Origin: Bacilli bacterium
GTDB lineage: Bacteria; Bacillota_I; Bacilli_A; RFN20; CAG-826
DNA: 64,000 bases
Reading direction: 5' to 3'
Assembly (NCBI GenBank): GCA_050874705.1
Contig: JBNMLE010000001.1
Span: 4,046 to 68,045, forward strand
The notes below the pieces were generated by a model. It ran no database searches, had not been told where the DNA came from, and saw nothing but the letters and a program-made list of their open reading frames with translations. Below, one piece after another: positions 11,876 to 21,558 of the stretch (positions within the stretch are counted from its first letter, which is position 1; each line of letters starts with the position of its first letter). A program made the translations under genes and the position numbers.

Positions 11876-14053
11876 TTACTTAATTTTTCGATAAATTAAT
11901 AACAATGAGTTAAGTGTCATCAAGACCGTTAAGCCAGTATCCGCTAACATGGCAATCATCATGGCGTGTTGGCCTAAAACGCCTGCGATAAGTAGTCCGA
12001 TAACAGTAGCTTTTACTACAAGTGAAAAGACGATATTAAACCATGCAATAAAGCGAGTTTTTTTAGAAATCTTAATAGCATCATAAATCTTAAGTGGGTG
12101 ATCTTGCATAATGACAACATCAGCATTTTCCACTGCTACATCTGAGCCTATTCCGCCCATTGCAAAGCCAATATCAGCGCGAATAATTGACGGAGTATCG
12201 TTAATACCATCACCTGCAAAAGCGACTAATTTTTTGTCTTTTCTATTCACTATTGCTTCTTCGACATATTTTGTTTTATCTTGTGGCAATAATTTAGCGT
12301 GATATTCTTTAATTCCAACTTGTTCAGAAACATATTTAACAGTGGTCAATTTATCTCCTGAAAGCAAAACGGTTTTTATGCCCATTTCATCGAGTTTTTT
12401 AATGAGCGTTTTTGCTTTATCTCTAATGACATCTTGTAGAACAATATATCCAATAAATTTACCATCTTTTGCTACATAAATAACTGTTCCAGCAGCATCT
12501 ATTTCTTCAACAGGAACATTATATTTTTGGAGCAATTCGACATTGCCCGCTAAAATGATACGACCACCATTATTTGTTTTTGTACCAAGACCAGCAATTT
12601 CTTCATAGTCTTCTTGTTTTAAAGCTAATTCACTAACATTTTGATGTAGAGTTATTGCTTTAGCAATTGGGTGATTAGATCTAGATTCGGCAGCTAATAA
12701 ACTATTCATCAACTCTTCTTCACTAACCCCGTTTGGAACAACTTGTTTCACAACAAAATTTCCGTATGTAAGTGTGCCTGTTTTATCGATAAATAAAGTG
12801 CCAATCTTACATAATGAATCGAGGTAATTCGCGCCTTTAATAACAACGCCTCTTTTACTCGCAAGACCAATGCCTGCAAAGAATGCGAGAGGTACTGAAA
12901 TAACAATGGCACAAGGACATGAAACTACTAAAATTGCAAGACCAGTAAATAAAGCGTCAGACCATTGTTTTGTCACAAGCCCATAAATTACCGCAAATAA
13001 AATACCAATTGCAAAAACTGTTGGAGTATAAATTTTCGCGAATTTATCGATGAATTTTTCAGCTTTAGATTTTCTTTCACCGCTTGATTGAACAAGTTCA
13101 AGAATTTTAGAAATAGTTGAATCCGCGAATACTTTGTTAACACGAATTGTAATTGAACCACTTCTTAAAATTGAACCGCTCATTGCGTTGTTTCCAATTA
13201 ACGCATCAACAGGCATAGGTTCTCCTGTCAATGAAGACATATCAAGAGTGCCTTGTCCATCAATTATTTCGCCATCAGCAGGAATAATTTCACCAATGCG
13301 AACAATGATTTTATCTCCTACTTTTAATTCTTCTGGTTTAACTTGAACTATCTTATCATCGCAAACTAAATTTGCAGTGTCCGCTCTTAAGTCGACGGCT
13401 TTGCTAATAGCAGCTTTTGATTTACCAGTTGCAATTGCTTCAATTAGTTCGCCTATTTGATATAAAATAACAACCATTGCGCCTTCATGCATTTCAATCA
13501 TTATTGTTGAACTTTCAAGAACATTAAAATGAGTTAAAAAAGCTAGCACAAATACACCGAGAGAAGATATTGTTAACAATAAGTTCATATCGATCGGATT
13601 TCTTAAATGAATAATATTTTGAATAAGCTTACAAACAATATCATAAAGCATTAAAATTGCTGAAACGATGAAAAGGGAATTAGCAACCCAGTTATATGCG
13701 TTCCAGGTTTCGCCTCCTAAAAAACGCTCAATCAAAAAGCCAGCAATTGTTAAAATTGAGGCTAAAATAATTCGTGATAAATTAAATATGAATTTTTTAG
13801 TAATAATCTTAACTTTTTTTCTAGCGCCTTGATTCTCTTCTTCGATTCGAAGTGGATCGCTTTCCACTTCTTTAATCTTTGCTTTTAATTCATCAAGTGT
13901 ATATGGGTTATCTAAATAATTTATATAAAGTCTATCATTTGCAAAATCGATAGTGGCTTCTTGGATATTTTCATCCTTGTTTAAGAATCGCTCTACTTTT
14001 GCAGCGCAATTAGGACAATCGAACCCTGATACGTGATAAACAATTTTTCTCAT
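11876..14053 (-). CDS. Heavy-metal translocating P1B-type ATPase (Zn/Cd/Pb-type)
   Basis: 725 aa. N-terminal HMA-like CPNC, transmembrane CPC (VSCPCAIV), DKTGTLT phosphorylation site and GDGINDTP hinge. Confidence 0.9.
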   Translation of the reverse strand: MRKIVYHVSGFDCPNCAAKVERFLNKDENIQEATIDFANDRLYINYLDNPYTLDELKAKIKEVESDPLRIEEENQGARKKVKIITKKFIFNLSRIILASILTIAGFLIERFLGGETWNAYNWVANSLFIVSAILMLYDIVCKLIQNIIHLRNPIDMNLLLTISSLGVFVLAFLTHFNVLESSTIMIEMHEGAMVVILYQIGELIEAIATGKSKAAISKAVDLRADTANLVCDDKIVQVKPEELKVGDKIIVRIGEIIPADGEIIDGQGTLDMSSLTGEPMPVDALIGNNAMSGSILRSGSITIRVNKVFADSTISKILELVQSSGERKSKAEKFIDKFAKIYTPTVFAIGILFAVIYGLVTKQWSDALFTGLAILVVSCPCAIVISVPLAFFAGIGLASKRGVVIKGANYLDSLCKIGTLFIDKTGTLTYGNFVVKQVVPNGVSEEELMNSLLAAESRSNHPIAKAITLHQNVSELALKQEDYEEIAGLGTKTNNGGRIILAGNVELLQKYNVPVEEIDAAGTVIYVAKDGKFIGYIVLQDVIRDKAKTLIKKLDEMGIKTVLLSGDKLTTVKYVSEQVGIKEYHAKLLPQDKTKYVEEAIVNRKDKKLVAFAGDGINDTPSIIRADIGFAMGGIGSDVAVENADVVIMQDHPLKIYDAIKISKKTRFIAWFNIVFSLVVKATVIGLLIAGVLGQHAMMIAMLADTGLTVLMTLNSLLLIYRKIK

Positions 14054-14076
14054 ACCTTACCTCCAAAATCTCAATA

Positions 14077-14105
14077 ATAATATTATTCACTTGTCTTTAA
14101 TTCAA
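14077..14105 (-). promoter_or_regulatory. Candidate sigma-A promoter of the ATPase gene
   Basis: Minus strand: TTGAAT, 17 nt, TATTAT, about 20 nt upstream of GGAGG+ATG. Confidence 0.45.
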
Positions 14106-14116
14106 GAAATACGCTC

Positions 14117-14143
14117 ATAAAAAAGCATCTCAAATCGAGATGC
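14117..14143 (-). terminator. Rho-independent terminator downstream of nusG
   Basis: Minus strand: GCAUCUC-GAUUU-GAGAUGC followed by UUUUUUAU, 10 nt after the nusG stop. Confidence 0.6.
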
Positions 14144-14152
14144 AATTTATTA

Positions 14153-14713
14153 TTAGATTCTTTCAATTTCGCTGAAGTCAACATCAACTGGTGTGACACG
14201 TCCGAAGAACAATGTTTCAACTTTGAAGACATGTGTTGCTTGGTCAATAGCGACGATTTTACCTTCTGTTCCTTCAAGAGGTCCGCTGATAACTTTAACA
14301 CGATCTCCAATATTATAGTGTTGATACATTGAATCATCGATCATGTTCATACGTTTGAGAACTGGTTCAATTTCTTCACGTGAAACTGGAGTTGGTTTTT
14401 GACCACCACCAGCGGAACCAGTAATACCTGTAACGCCTGGTGTATTACGAACATAATACCAAATCTTATCATCCATAATCATTTCAACGAAGATATAACC
14501 AGGATATAAGTTTTTCATTTTTGTTTTTCCAGGTTTTGGAAGACCGGTTGATCTATCGATAACTGGAACTTCTTGTTCTGCGACAACGACATTAAAAATC
14601 TTATCTTGAAGACCTAATGTTTCAATACGTCTTTTTAAATTTTCAGCAACTTTCTTTTCGTGTTGTGAATATGTATTAACAATATACCAATGTTTTTCTG
14701 CTAAATTTGCCAT
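14153..14713 (-). CDS. nusG: Transcription termination/antitermination factor NusG
   Basis: KHWYIVNTYSQHEKKV NGN domain and KOW C-terminus. Start set to ATG 14713 (MANLAEKHWY), with AGGAG 9 nt upstream. Confidence 0.93.
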   Translation of the reverse strand: MANLAEKHWYIVNTYSQHEKKVAENLKRRIETLGLQDKIFNVVVAEQEVPVIDRSTGLPKPGKTKMKNLYPGYIFVEMIMDDKIWYYVRNTPGVTGITGSAGGGQKPTPVSREEIEPVLKRMNMIDDSMYQHYNIGDRVKVISGPLEGTEGKIVAIDQATHVFKVETLFFGRVTPVDVDFSEIERI

Positions 14714-14724
14714 AATAACTACTC

Positions 14725-14979
14725 CTAAAAATGTAACCAATTAAAAATGTTAATTGCTGCGGATGTTGTTTCTGAAGCATCCCCTTTAAGTCCTGAGAAT
14801 AAATCTTTTAATTGACCAATAAGTGTTCCTGCAGCCCAGTCTTCAACTGAAAGAATTAAAGCTGTAAAAGCACAAATGATAATTACAGAAATTAATACAG
14901 GAAAGAATTTTTCCTTCTTAGGCCAACGAACACGTTTGCCTTCTTTAATTACTTCACTAGTGTATTTTTTTACTCCCAT
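14725..14979 (-). CDS. secE: Preprotein translocase subunit SecE
   Basis: 84 aa with a single transmembrane segment, located between rpmG and nusG. Confidence 0.85.
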   Translation of the reverse strand: MGVKKYTSEVIKEGKRVRWPKKEKFFPVLISVIIICAFTALILSVEDWAAGTLIGQLKDLFSGLKGDASETTSAAINIFNWLHF

Positions 14980-14991
14980 TTAAGTAACCTC

Positions 14992-15138
14992 CTATTTGCT
15001 CTCTTTGTGTAATGTCATCTTGTTACAATGAGGGCAATATTTTTTTATTTCAAGACGGGTTGTATCTTCCTCTTTTTTGCTCGCTGTGTAATTCCTTGAC
15101 AAGCATTCAGGGCAAATTAAAATAACTTTCTTTCTCAT
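14992..15138 (-). CDS. rpmG: 50S ribosomal protein L33
   Basis: Translated by hand: [48 protein letters not shown]. Contains the CxxC...CxxC Zn ribbon. Absent from the ORF track because it is under 60 aa. Confidence 0.9.
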   Translation of the reverse strand: MRKKVILICPECLSRNYTASKKEEDTTRLEIKKYCPHCNKMTLHKESK

Positions 15139-15193
15139 AATTATTTAACTTTTAACTCCATCTTTATTTGTAATCATAACCCTCAAAAAATAT

Positions 15194-16222
15194 CTAGTCA
15201 ATAGACTTTCTGTTTTCAGAAGAATTTTTCTTGTCCACTCTTGTTTTAATTCCATATTGATGAAGAATTCTTTTTAATGAACGAGGCGAAAATCTAAGCG
15301 GTTCAAATCCTTCACCAGAAACATTATTTGCCTCACTTGAAGATATAAATGCAGCTGGGTCAATAGCAAAAACAAACGCTCTTACATCTTTTGCTTCTGA
15401 ACCATATACGATTGCTCGAACTGAAATTCTTTTTTCTCCTGAATAGCCACCTTCAATTTCAATAAGAGTTGTCGCGTGGTCTAATTTTTCGTGAATAAAT
15501 TTAGAAACCTCTTCTGGTTTAGAACAAATAATATCCATAATTACAGGATTATCGCTTTGAACATATATTTTCTTTATAACTATTGCCGCCACAATGGCGC
15601 TTAAAATACCAGGTAACAAAAGTTCCCAACTTTGTAAACAAACAAAACCAACAATAATCATAGTTGTATCAAGAAATAATCCACCTAAGTCTTGTTTGAT
15701 TGAGGTGTATTTAGCGATAAGAAAAGCTAAAACATCAGTTCCGCCTGTTGATCCATCGCCAAGATATGTAATTGCGACACCTGCACCGCTTAAAATACCA
15801 CCAAAAATACCTGCAACGATAACAACAACAAAATCTAATTGACCGTCAATTGTGTGACTAGCATAGAAATCAGATAATTTAACTAAATCAATAAAATTAA
15901 TACGCAAAAGCAAAGAATAAAATGCAGGAAAGGCTAGCGTTCCTAATAATGTATAAAAAGAAAACTTCTTTCCTAAAAAGATTAAACCAATAATCCAAAG
16001 CAAAATTTGACAACCAGCAATAACAATATCTGATAAATCGAAACCTAAATTATCTTTGAAAAAATGGTTCACAATAATACCAAGTGAATCAATACCGCCA
16101 TTAACAATATTGCAAGGCATTATAAATAAAACATCGGCCATGGCTAAAATAAAACATCCTAATAGAACTAGCCCGACACTTTTAAAAACTTTGTAAAACT
16201 TGGCTTTTTTCTCAAGATTCAT
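15194..16222 (-). CDS. YitT-family membrane protein (DUF2179 C-terminal domain)
   Basis: Polytopic membrane N-terminal region plus a soluble C-terminal domain. Start set to ATG 16222 (MNLEKK), with GGAGG 7 nt upstream. Confidence 0.55.
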   Translation of the reverse strand: MNLEKKAKFYKVFKSVGLVLLGCFILAMADVLFIMPCNIVNGGIDSLGIIVNHFFKDNLGFDLSDIVIAGCQILLWIIGLIFLGKKFSFYTLLGTLAFPAFYSLLLRINFIDLVKLSDFYASHTIDGQLDFVVVIVAGIFGGILSGAGVAITYLGDGSTGGTDVLAFLIAKYTSIKQDLGGLFLDTTMIIVGFVCLQSWELLLPGILSAIVAAIVIKKIYVQSDNPVIMDIICSKPEEVSKFIHEKLDHATTLIEIEGGYSGEKRISVRAIVYGSEAKDVRAFVFAIDPAAFISSSEANNVSGEGFEPLRFSPRSLKRILHQYGIKTRVDKKNSSENRKSID

Positions 16223-16234
16223 AGTCATACCTCC

Positions 16235-16263
16235 ATAAAAAAGCACCACTTTTGTGTGATGCT
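16235..16263 (-). terminator. Rho-independent terminator downstream of mrp
   Basis: Minus strand: AGCAUCAC-ACAAAA-GUGGUGCU followed by UUUUUUAU. Confidence 0.55.
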
Positions 16264-16288
16264 TTTAAAGTAAGAAATAAAATATTTA

Positions 16289-17113
16289 TTATTTTCTTTC
16301 CTCTAAAACTTTTATCAAATTATCCATTACATTTGTTTGATAATCTTCAATAATTCCTTTATCAACATCTTTTGCAAGAAGAGGATCGATAGGAATTTCC
16401 GCTAAAACATTTAAGCCGCGTTTGCTGGCTTCTTTAGCAAAATTACCATCACCAAATACGGTAATTTTTTCATCACAATTTGGGCATTTAATATATGCCA
16501 TATTTTCAACTAATCCAACAACAGGAATATTCATCATATTCGCCATATTTAATGATTTTGCGACAACCATGGAAACGAGTTCCTGTGGAGATGAAACAAC
16601 AATAATTCCATCTATTTTTATCATTTGGAATACTGTAAGAGGAATATCGCCTGTTCCTGGTGGCATATCAATTAACATATAATCAACATCGCCATAAATA
16701 ACATCTGTATAAAGTTGTTGAACAAAGGATGAAACAATTGGGCCACGCCAAATAATAGGCGCTTCTTTATCTTCAAGAAGCAAATTGGCGGACATAATTT
16801 TAATGCCGTTTTTACTCAATACAGGATATAAAGCTGTATCATCGCTTTCGGCAAGTTCACCCTTAAGGCTGAACGCTTGAGGAATGCTTGGTCCTGTTAC
16901 ATCTGCATCAATAACAGCGACTTTGTATCCCTTCTTATTCAACGATGAAGCTAATAAAGAAGTAACAAGAGATTTTCCAACTCCTCCTTTACCACTTATA
17001 ATTGCATAGGTGTGTTTAATATGAGAGCAAACATGAGGTTTAATTTTTTCGATTGTTCTTTCGCCACAATTATCAACGGAACAATCATCGCATTTATGAT
17101 TACAATCAGCCAT
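16289..17113 (-). CDS. Mrp/ApbC/NBP35-family Fe-S cluster carrier ATPase
   Basis: P-loop GKGGVGKS, a Cys-rich N-terminus (CNHKCDDCSVDNC) and a CPNC motif. Confidence 0.85.
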   Translation of the reverse strand: MADCNHKCDDCSVDNCGERTIEKIKPHVCSHIKHTYAIISGKGGVGKSLVTSLLASSLNKKGYKVAVIDADVTGPSIPQAFSLKGELAESDDTALYPVLSKNGIKIMSANLLLEDKEAPIIWRGPIVSSFVQQLYTDVIYGDVDYMLIDMPPGTGDIPLTVFQMIKIDGIIVVSSPQELVSMVVAKSLNMANMMNIPVVGLVENMAYIKCPNCDEKITVFGDGNFAKEASKRGLNVLAEIPIDPLLAKDVDKGIIEDYQTNVMDNLIKVLEERK

Positions 17114-17178
17114 AAATAATTTCCTCCTAAAAGTACTTAATATTATTGCAAAAAATTAATATTTTTTCAAATTATGAG

Positions 17179-17787
17179 CTAGAACTTCACATTAATATCT
17201 TTAAATTTTATATTGTTTTTTGAAATAGCTAACCTGCGAGCTTTTGAGTAAGAAATGTTGAGAATCTTTGCAATTTGTTGATATGTATATCCTGAACATT
17301 TAAGAGAAATAACCTTTTGTTGCAAATTTAATTCGTTAAAATCACTTTCACTTCTTAAGGACAATGTTTGTTCGTTTTGTTCATAGTAATATTCAGGTGT
17401 GACTTCATTTTTGTTTTCTATGCATTCTAATTTTTCGATGCCATTATTAAATGAATCATTTAGGCTGATAGAATGATCTAAAGCATCACTTGAATAATGT
17501 CCTTTTAGCAATTCTTTTGTGATATTTCTTTGCATTATTAAACTAAAATAAGTACGAAATTTTCCCTTCTTTTCTTGATAAGATTTAAAAGCATTTACGA
17601 ATGATAAATAAAATGTAAGTAAATATTCATCTGCATCTCTACAATACAAATTCAATTTTAAAGCCACACTATTTACGATTATCGGATAAATCTTTAAATA
17701 CCGAAAAAGCAAATCATAAAAGAACTTATTTTTAACATTAGTTCTTGCTAATGAAATAAGTTCTTCATCACTATAATTATTGTTCAT
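17179..17787 (-). CDS. Divergent sigma-70 family factor (SigH-like)
   Basis: 202 aa. C-terminal region-4 HTH (YTYQQIAKILNISYSKARRLA). Occupies the position of sigH downstream of rlmB in Bacillus. Confidence 0.5.
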   Translation of the reverse strand: MNNNYSDEELISLARTNVKNKFFYDLLFRYLKIYPIIVNSVALKLNLYCRDADEYLLTFYLSFVNAFKSYQEKKGKFRTYFSLIMQRNITKELLKGHYSSDALDHSISLNDSFNNGIEKLECIENKNEVTPEYYYEQNEQTLSLRSESDFNELNLQQKVISLKCSGYTYQQIAKILNISYSKARRLAISKNNIKFKDINVKF

Positions 17788-17822
17788 AAGCTCCCCTTAA
17801 ATTAACAGGAGCATTATGTGGA

Positions 17823-18569
17823 TTAATTTCTAATTCGAGATAATAAAATTCCAGTCGCAACACTTACATTTAAAGAATTCACATGCCCATACATTGGAAT
17901 TTTAATAATAAAATCTGAATTCTCTAAAACGAGTCTTGAAATGCCAAATCCTTCAGAGCCAAGTACTAAAGCAATTGGTCCATCATATTTCAATTTGGAA
18001 TAATCATCTTTGCCACTTCCATCAGCGGCATAAATCCAGAATCCATTATCTTTTAATGTTGAAATTGCGTTTACTAAATTATTAACTTTTGCAATTTTAA
18101 CAAAATCAATCGCACCAGTAGATACTTTGCTAACAGTCATATTAACAGGAACTTGATTTCTGCTTTTGATAATTATTCCATCAACATTAAAGGCGTCACA
18201 TGATCTAATAATTGCCCCGAAATTATGTGGGTCACTCACTTCATCTAAAATCAGTATGAGCGGATTTGATTTCTTTTTGCATGCACAAAGAATTTCGTCT
18301 ATTGAAGAATAATTAAATGGTTTTACTTCCGCTACAACGCCTTGATGAACAGCGTTATTAGTCATCTTATTTAGCACAGCTTGATCAACATAAATTGGAA
18401 CAAGGCGGGCTTTTTTTAAAGCTTCTAGAATTTTATTATCAAAAAAGCCTTTTTGTAGATAAACCTTTGAAATATGATTCCCACTTAAATATGAGTATAA
18501 TGGATTCCTCCCGTAGATATAGTTTTCCATATCATTTTTGGAATTAGTCTCAAATTTTCTATTTTTCAT
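17823..18569 (-). CDS. rlmB: 23S rRNA 2'-O-ribose methyltransferase, SpoU/TrmH family (RlmB-like)
   Basis: 248 aa SPOUT fold (ILDEVSDPHNFGAIIRSCDAF...LVLGSEGFGIS). Immediately after cysS, as in Bacillus. Confidence 0.8.
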   Translation of the reverse strand: MKNRKFETNSKNDMENYIYGRNPLYSYLSGNHISKVYLQKGFFDNKILEALKKARLVPIYVDQAVLNKMTNNAVHQGVVAEVKPFNYSSIDEILCACKKKSNPLILILDEVSDPHNFGAIIRSCDAFNVDGIIIKSRNQVPVNMTVSKVSTGAIDFVKIAKVNNLVNAISTLKDNGFWIYAADGSGKDDYSKLKYDGPIALVLGSEGFGISRLVLENSDFIIKIPMYGHVNSLNVSVATGILLSRIRN

Positions 18570-19903
18570 TAAATAATTTTTCCTTTGATTAATTCATCGC
18601 GAAGTTTATCGCTTTCTTCGAATTTCTTTTCTGCTTTTAGTCTTAAATATTCTTTATAAGTTTTTTCGAGTTCTTCAGTTAAAACAGGATATTCAATGAC
18701 AATGCCTAAGATTGATAACATTGCGTTAATTTGACCAAATACATTCTCTAATGCTTCAAGTTCAGCTGGATTTTTTCTTAATAATTGATTTGCTTCTTTG
18801 ATTTTTGAGAACAAACATGTCAATGCATTTGATGTATTCAAATCATTAGCAAGCACTTCTAAAAAGTCATTGATATCAACATCTTTTTTATTTAGATTTC
18901 CATGGAGAAGTTGAATTTTAACCGCTAATTGATTATAAGTTTTTTCTATTTTTGATAATTCATTTCTTGTAGATTCAATAGTTTCATCGGTGAAACTTAC
19001 AGGTGCTCTATAGTATGTGGAAAGAATAAGAAGTCTGACAAGATTTCCGCCATATTTAGCGATTGCGTCTTTAGCTAAAATAACGTTGCCTAATGATTTA
19101 GACATTTTTTCATTTCCAAAATTAACAAATCCGTTATGAACCCAAATATTTGCTATCTTGTTATGATCGTGAGCTTTTGCTTGAGCTATTTCATTTTCAT
19201 GGTGAGGGAATTTTAAATCAAAACCACCACCGTGAATATCAATCATTCCCTTGAAAATGGAATTAATCATAACACAGCATTCTGTATGCCACCCAGGTCT
19301 TCCTTTTCCCCATGGTGAATCCCATTGAATACCTTGATCTGTCTTTTTCCATAAAACAAAGTCTAGTGGAGATTCTTTTTTAGAGTTCTCATCAATTCTT
19401 GCGCCCACTACTAAATCATCCATTTTAATGTTAGAAAGTTCACCGTAATCTTTCACCGAACTAATTCTAAAAAACACATCACCATCAATAACATATGCTG
19501 CTCCAACCTTAACTAAATCAGCAATGTAATTAATAATTTGGTTCATATATTCAGTTACTCTTGGATTTTTATAATGTTCTTTAACATGCAAATCCTTTAA
19601 AACTTCTTTATAGGCCTTAATATATTTATCGGTAATAACTGATTCGCTTACGTTTTCTTGTATTGCTTTATTGATTATTTTGTCATCAACATCAGTAAAA
19701 TTAGAAACATATTTAACGTTATATCCAATATAATCCAAAAATCTTCTTAATGTATCAAAAACAACTGGAGGACGAACATTACCAACATGAGCGTCTCCAT
19801 AAACAGTTGGTCCGCAACAATATATTGAAACCTCACCCTCTTTAAGAGGTTTTAAAACATCAACATTATTTGTTAATGAATTAAATAATTTAACTTCCAT
19901 CAT
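18569..19903 (-). CDS. cysS: Cysteine--tRNA ligase
   Basis: HVGN (HIGH-type) and KMSKS motifs, plus zinc-binding Cys residues. Confidence 0.95.
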   Translation of the reverse strand: MMEVKLFNSLTNNVDVLKPLKEGEVSIYCCGPTVYGDAHVGNVRPPVVFDTLRRFLDYIGYNVKYVSNFTDVDDKIINKAIQENVSESVITDKYIKAYKEVLKDLHVKEHYKNPRVTEYMNQIINYIADLVKVGAAYVIDGDVFFRISSVKDYGELSNIKMDDLVVGARIDENSKKESPLDFVLWKKTDQGIQWDSPWGKGRPGWHTECCVMINSIFKGMIDIHGGGFDLKFPHHENEIAQAKAHDHNKIANIWVHNGFVNFGNEKMSKSLGNVILAKDAIAKYGGNLVRLLILSTYYRAPVSFTDETIESTRNELSKIEKTYNQLAVKIQLLHGNLNKKDVDINDFLEVLANDLNTSNALTCLFSKIKEANQLLRKNPAELEALENVFGQINAMLSILGIVIEYPVLTEELEKTYKEYLRLKAEKKFEESDKLRDELIKGKII

Positions 19904-19918
19904 ATATTGTCCTTCTTT

Positions 19919-21142
19919 CTATTTTGTTTTATTTTCATTTTTTAAGGCTTTCATGTAATCAACTGCCAAACCGCCTTTTGATGTTTCGCGATATATTTTA
20001 TTCAAATCTTTTCCAGTTTCATACATTGTATTTACTATTGTATCAAAACTTACACGATGTGAGGTAAAAGCATATTCAGCAAGGTTGGTTGCAGCAAGAG
20101 CTTTAATCGCCGCGACGGCATTTCTTTCAATACACGGAATTTGAACATACCCACCAACAGGATCACATGTAAGACCAAGTGAATGTTCCATTGCAGCTTC
20201 TGCAGCATATTCTATTTGATCAATATTGAATCCCATTAAATATGCGGCAGCACCTGCAGCCATTGAACAAGCGGTTCCAATCTCTGCTTGACATCCTGCC
20301 TCAGCACCAGAAATTGATGCATTTTGTTTTACAACATTTCCTATTACTCCAGCAACCGCTAATGATTGTATTATTTTATCATCTGAAAATGAATATTTAT
20401 CTTGAAGATATTTTAGTACCGAAGGAAGTGTTCCTGAACTTCCGCATGTCGGAGCGGTAACTATAATTTCTCCACTTGCGTTTTCTTCATTAGTAGAAAA
20501 AGCATAAGCGGCGATTAATCTATTTGCTTTTCCAAAAATTGTTTCATTTTTATTTGATGGTTTTAAAAAACTTGAAGCCCTTCTTGCTACATTCAATTTT
20601 CCTGGTAAAAATCCATCTTTTTTAAGTCCGTTTTCAATTGTTAAACACATTTGTCTCCAAACTTTTAATAAATAATCCCAAATATCTTTTCCTTCATAAT
20701 GTTCAACATATTGAGGAATAGAACATCCGTTATTCTTGCAGTAAAAAACAACATCTTTAAAATTCTTCTCAGGATAAATATCTTTTTCAATTTCTTCTAA
20801 TTCACCTGAAATTGAAATTGCTCCACCGCCTAAAGAAAGAACTCTTTTATTAATAATTTCACCATTTGATAATGTTAAAATTACATCAAAAGTATTTGGA
20901 AAACTGACTTTAGTTTTATAATCAAAAACAATTTCTGTTGGAATATTTTTAAGAGCGTCTAAAATCGCTTTATCAATTAAATGTCCCTTCCCAGTAAAAG
21001 ATAAAGAACCATATAAAATAATTTTTGCGCTTTTAATATTCTTATATTTATTTCTCAAATATAAAACCGCTCTTTGAGGACCCATTGTATGTGAAGAACT
21101 TGGGCCTCGACCGATTCTATATAAATTTTTTAGACTTTTCAT
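19919..21142 (-). CDS. sdaA: L-serine dehydratase, Fe-S dependent, single-chain (fused beta+alpha)
   Basis: IGRGPSSSHTMGP (beta-chain N-terminal motif) and TAPTCGSSG (alpha-chain motif) in one 407-aa ORF. Confidence 0.85.
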   Translation of the reverse strand: MKSLKNLYRIGRGPSSSHTMGPQRAVLYLRNKYKNIKSAKIILYGSLSFTGKGHLIDKAILDALKNIPTEIVFDYKTKVSFPNTFDVILTLSNGEIINKRVLSLGGGAISISGELEEIEKDIYPEKNFKDVVFYCKNNGCSIPQYVEHYEGKDIWDYLLKVWRQMCLTIENGLKKDGFLPGKLNVARRASSFLKPSNKNETIFGKANRLIAAYAFSTNEENASGEIIVTAPTCGSSGTLPSVLKYLQDKYSFSDDKIIQSLAVAGVIGNVVKQNASISGAEAGCQAEIGTACSMAAGAAAYLMGFNIDQIEYAAEAAMEHSLGLTCDPVGGYVQIPCIERNAVAAIKALAATNLAEYAFTSHRVSFDTIVNTMYETGKDLNKIYRETSKGGLAVDYMKALKNENKTK

Positions 21143-21181
21143 ATTTGAATAAATTATACAACTTGAATATTTAAAAATAAA

Positions 21182-21547
21182 TTAAAGCAATTCCAAAGGA
21201 ATAATAAAATCAACAACGTTAATTTTTTTGTTTTTAATATCAATCATTTTTACTAAATCAAACAAACAAACAAGCGATATGTTTCCGTTATCAATGATTG
21301 CAACTTTACAATATTTTTCAATCTTTTCTTTTTTAGAACAATCTTTTAAAAATTCTTTGAAAAACAAAGGAGTAAGTATATTTTCTTTTATCATATTAAT
21401 ACTGCGATTAAAAGAAATATGAAGACCATCTTCTTCAAGCTTTTCATAACTATTTTCTGACACAGAATATAGTTTTAAATCATATTTATTATTTATAAAA
21501 TCGATAAAGGAAAAACCATCATTAATCATGGTTAAATAATACCACAA
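21182..21547 (-). CDS. Hypothetical protein
   Basis: 121-aa ORF with no recognisable motifs. Confidence 0.35.
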   Translation of the reverse strand: MWYYLTMINDGFSFIDFINNKYDLKLYSVSENSYEKLEEDGLHISFNRSINMIKENILTPLFFKEFLKDCSKKEKIEKYCKVAIIDNGNISLVCLFDLVKMIDIKNKKINVVDFIIPLELL

Positions 21548-21558
21548 ATAAAGCTTAT

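Noticed and set aside
14083-14337. 84-aa minus-strand ORF overlapping the nusG 3' end and its terminator.
   Set aside because: It is out of frame with nusG, spans a terminator hairpin and has no RBS.
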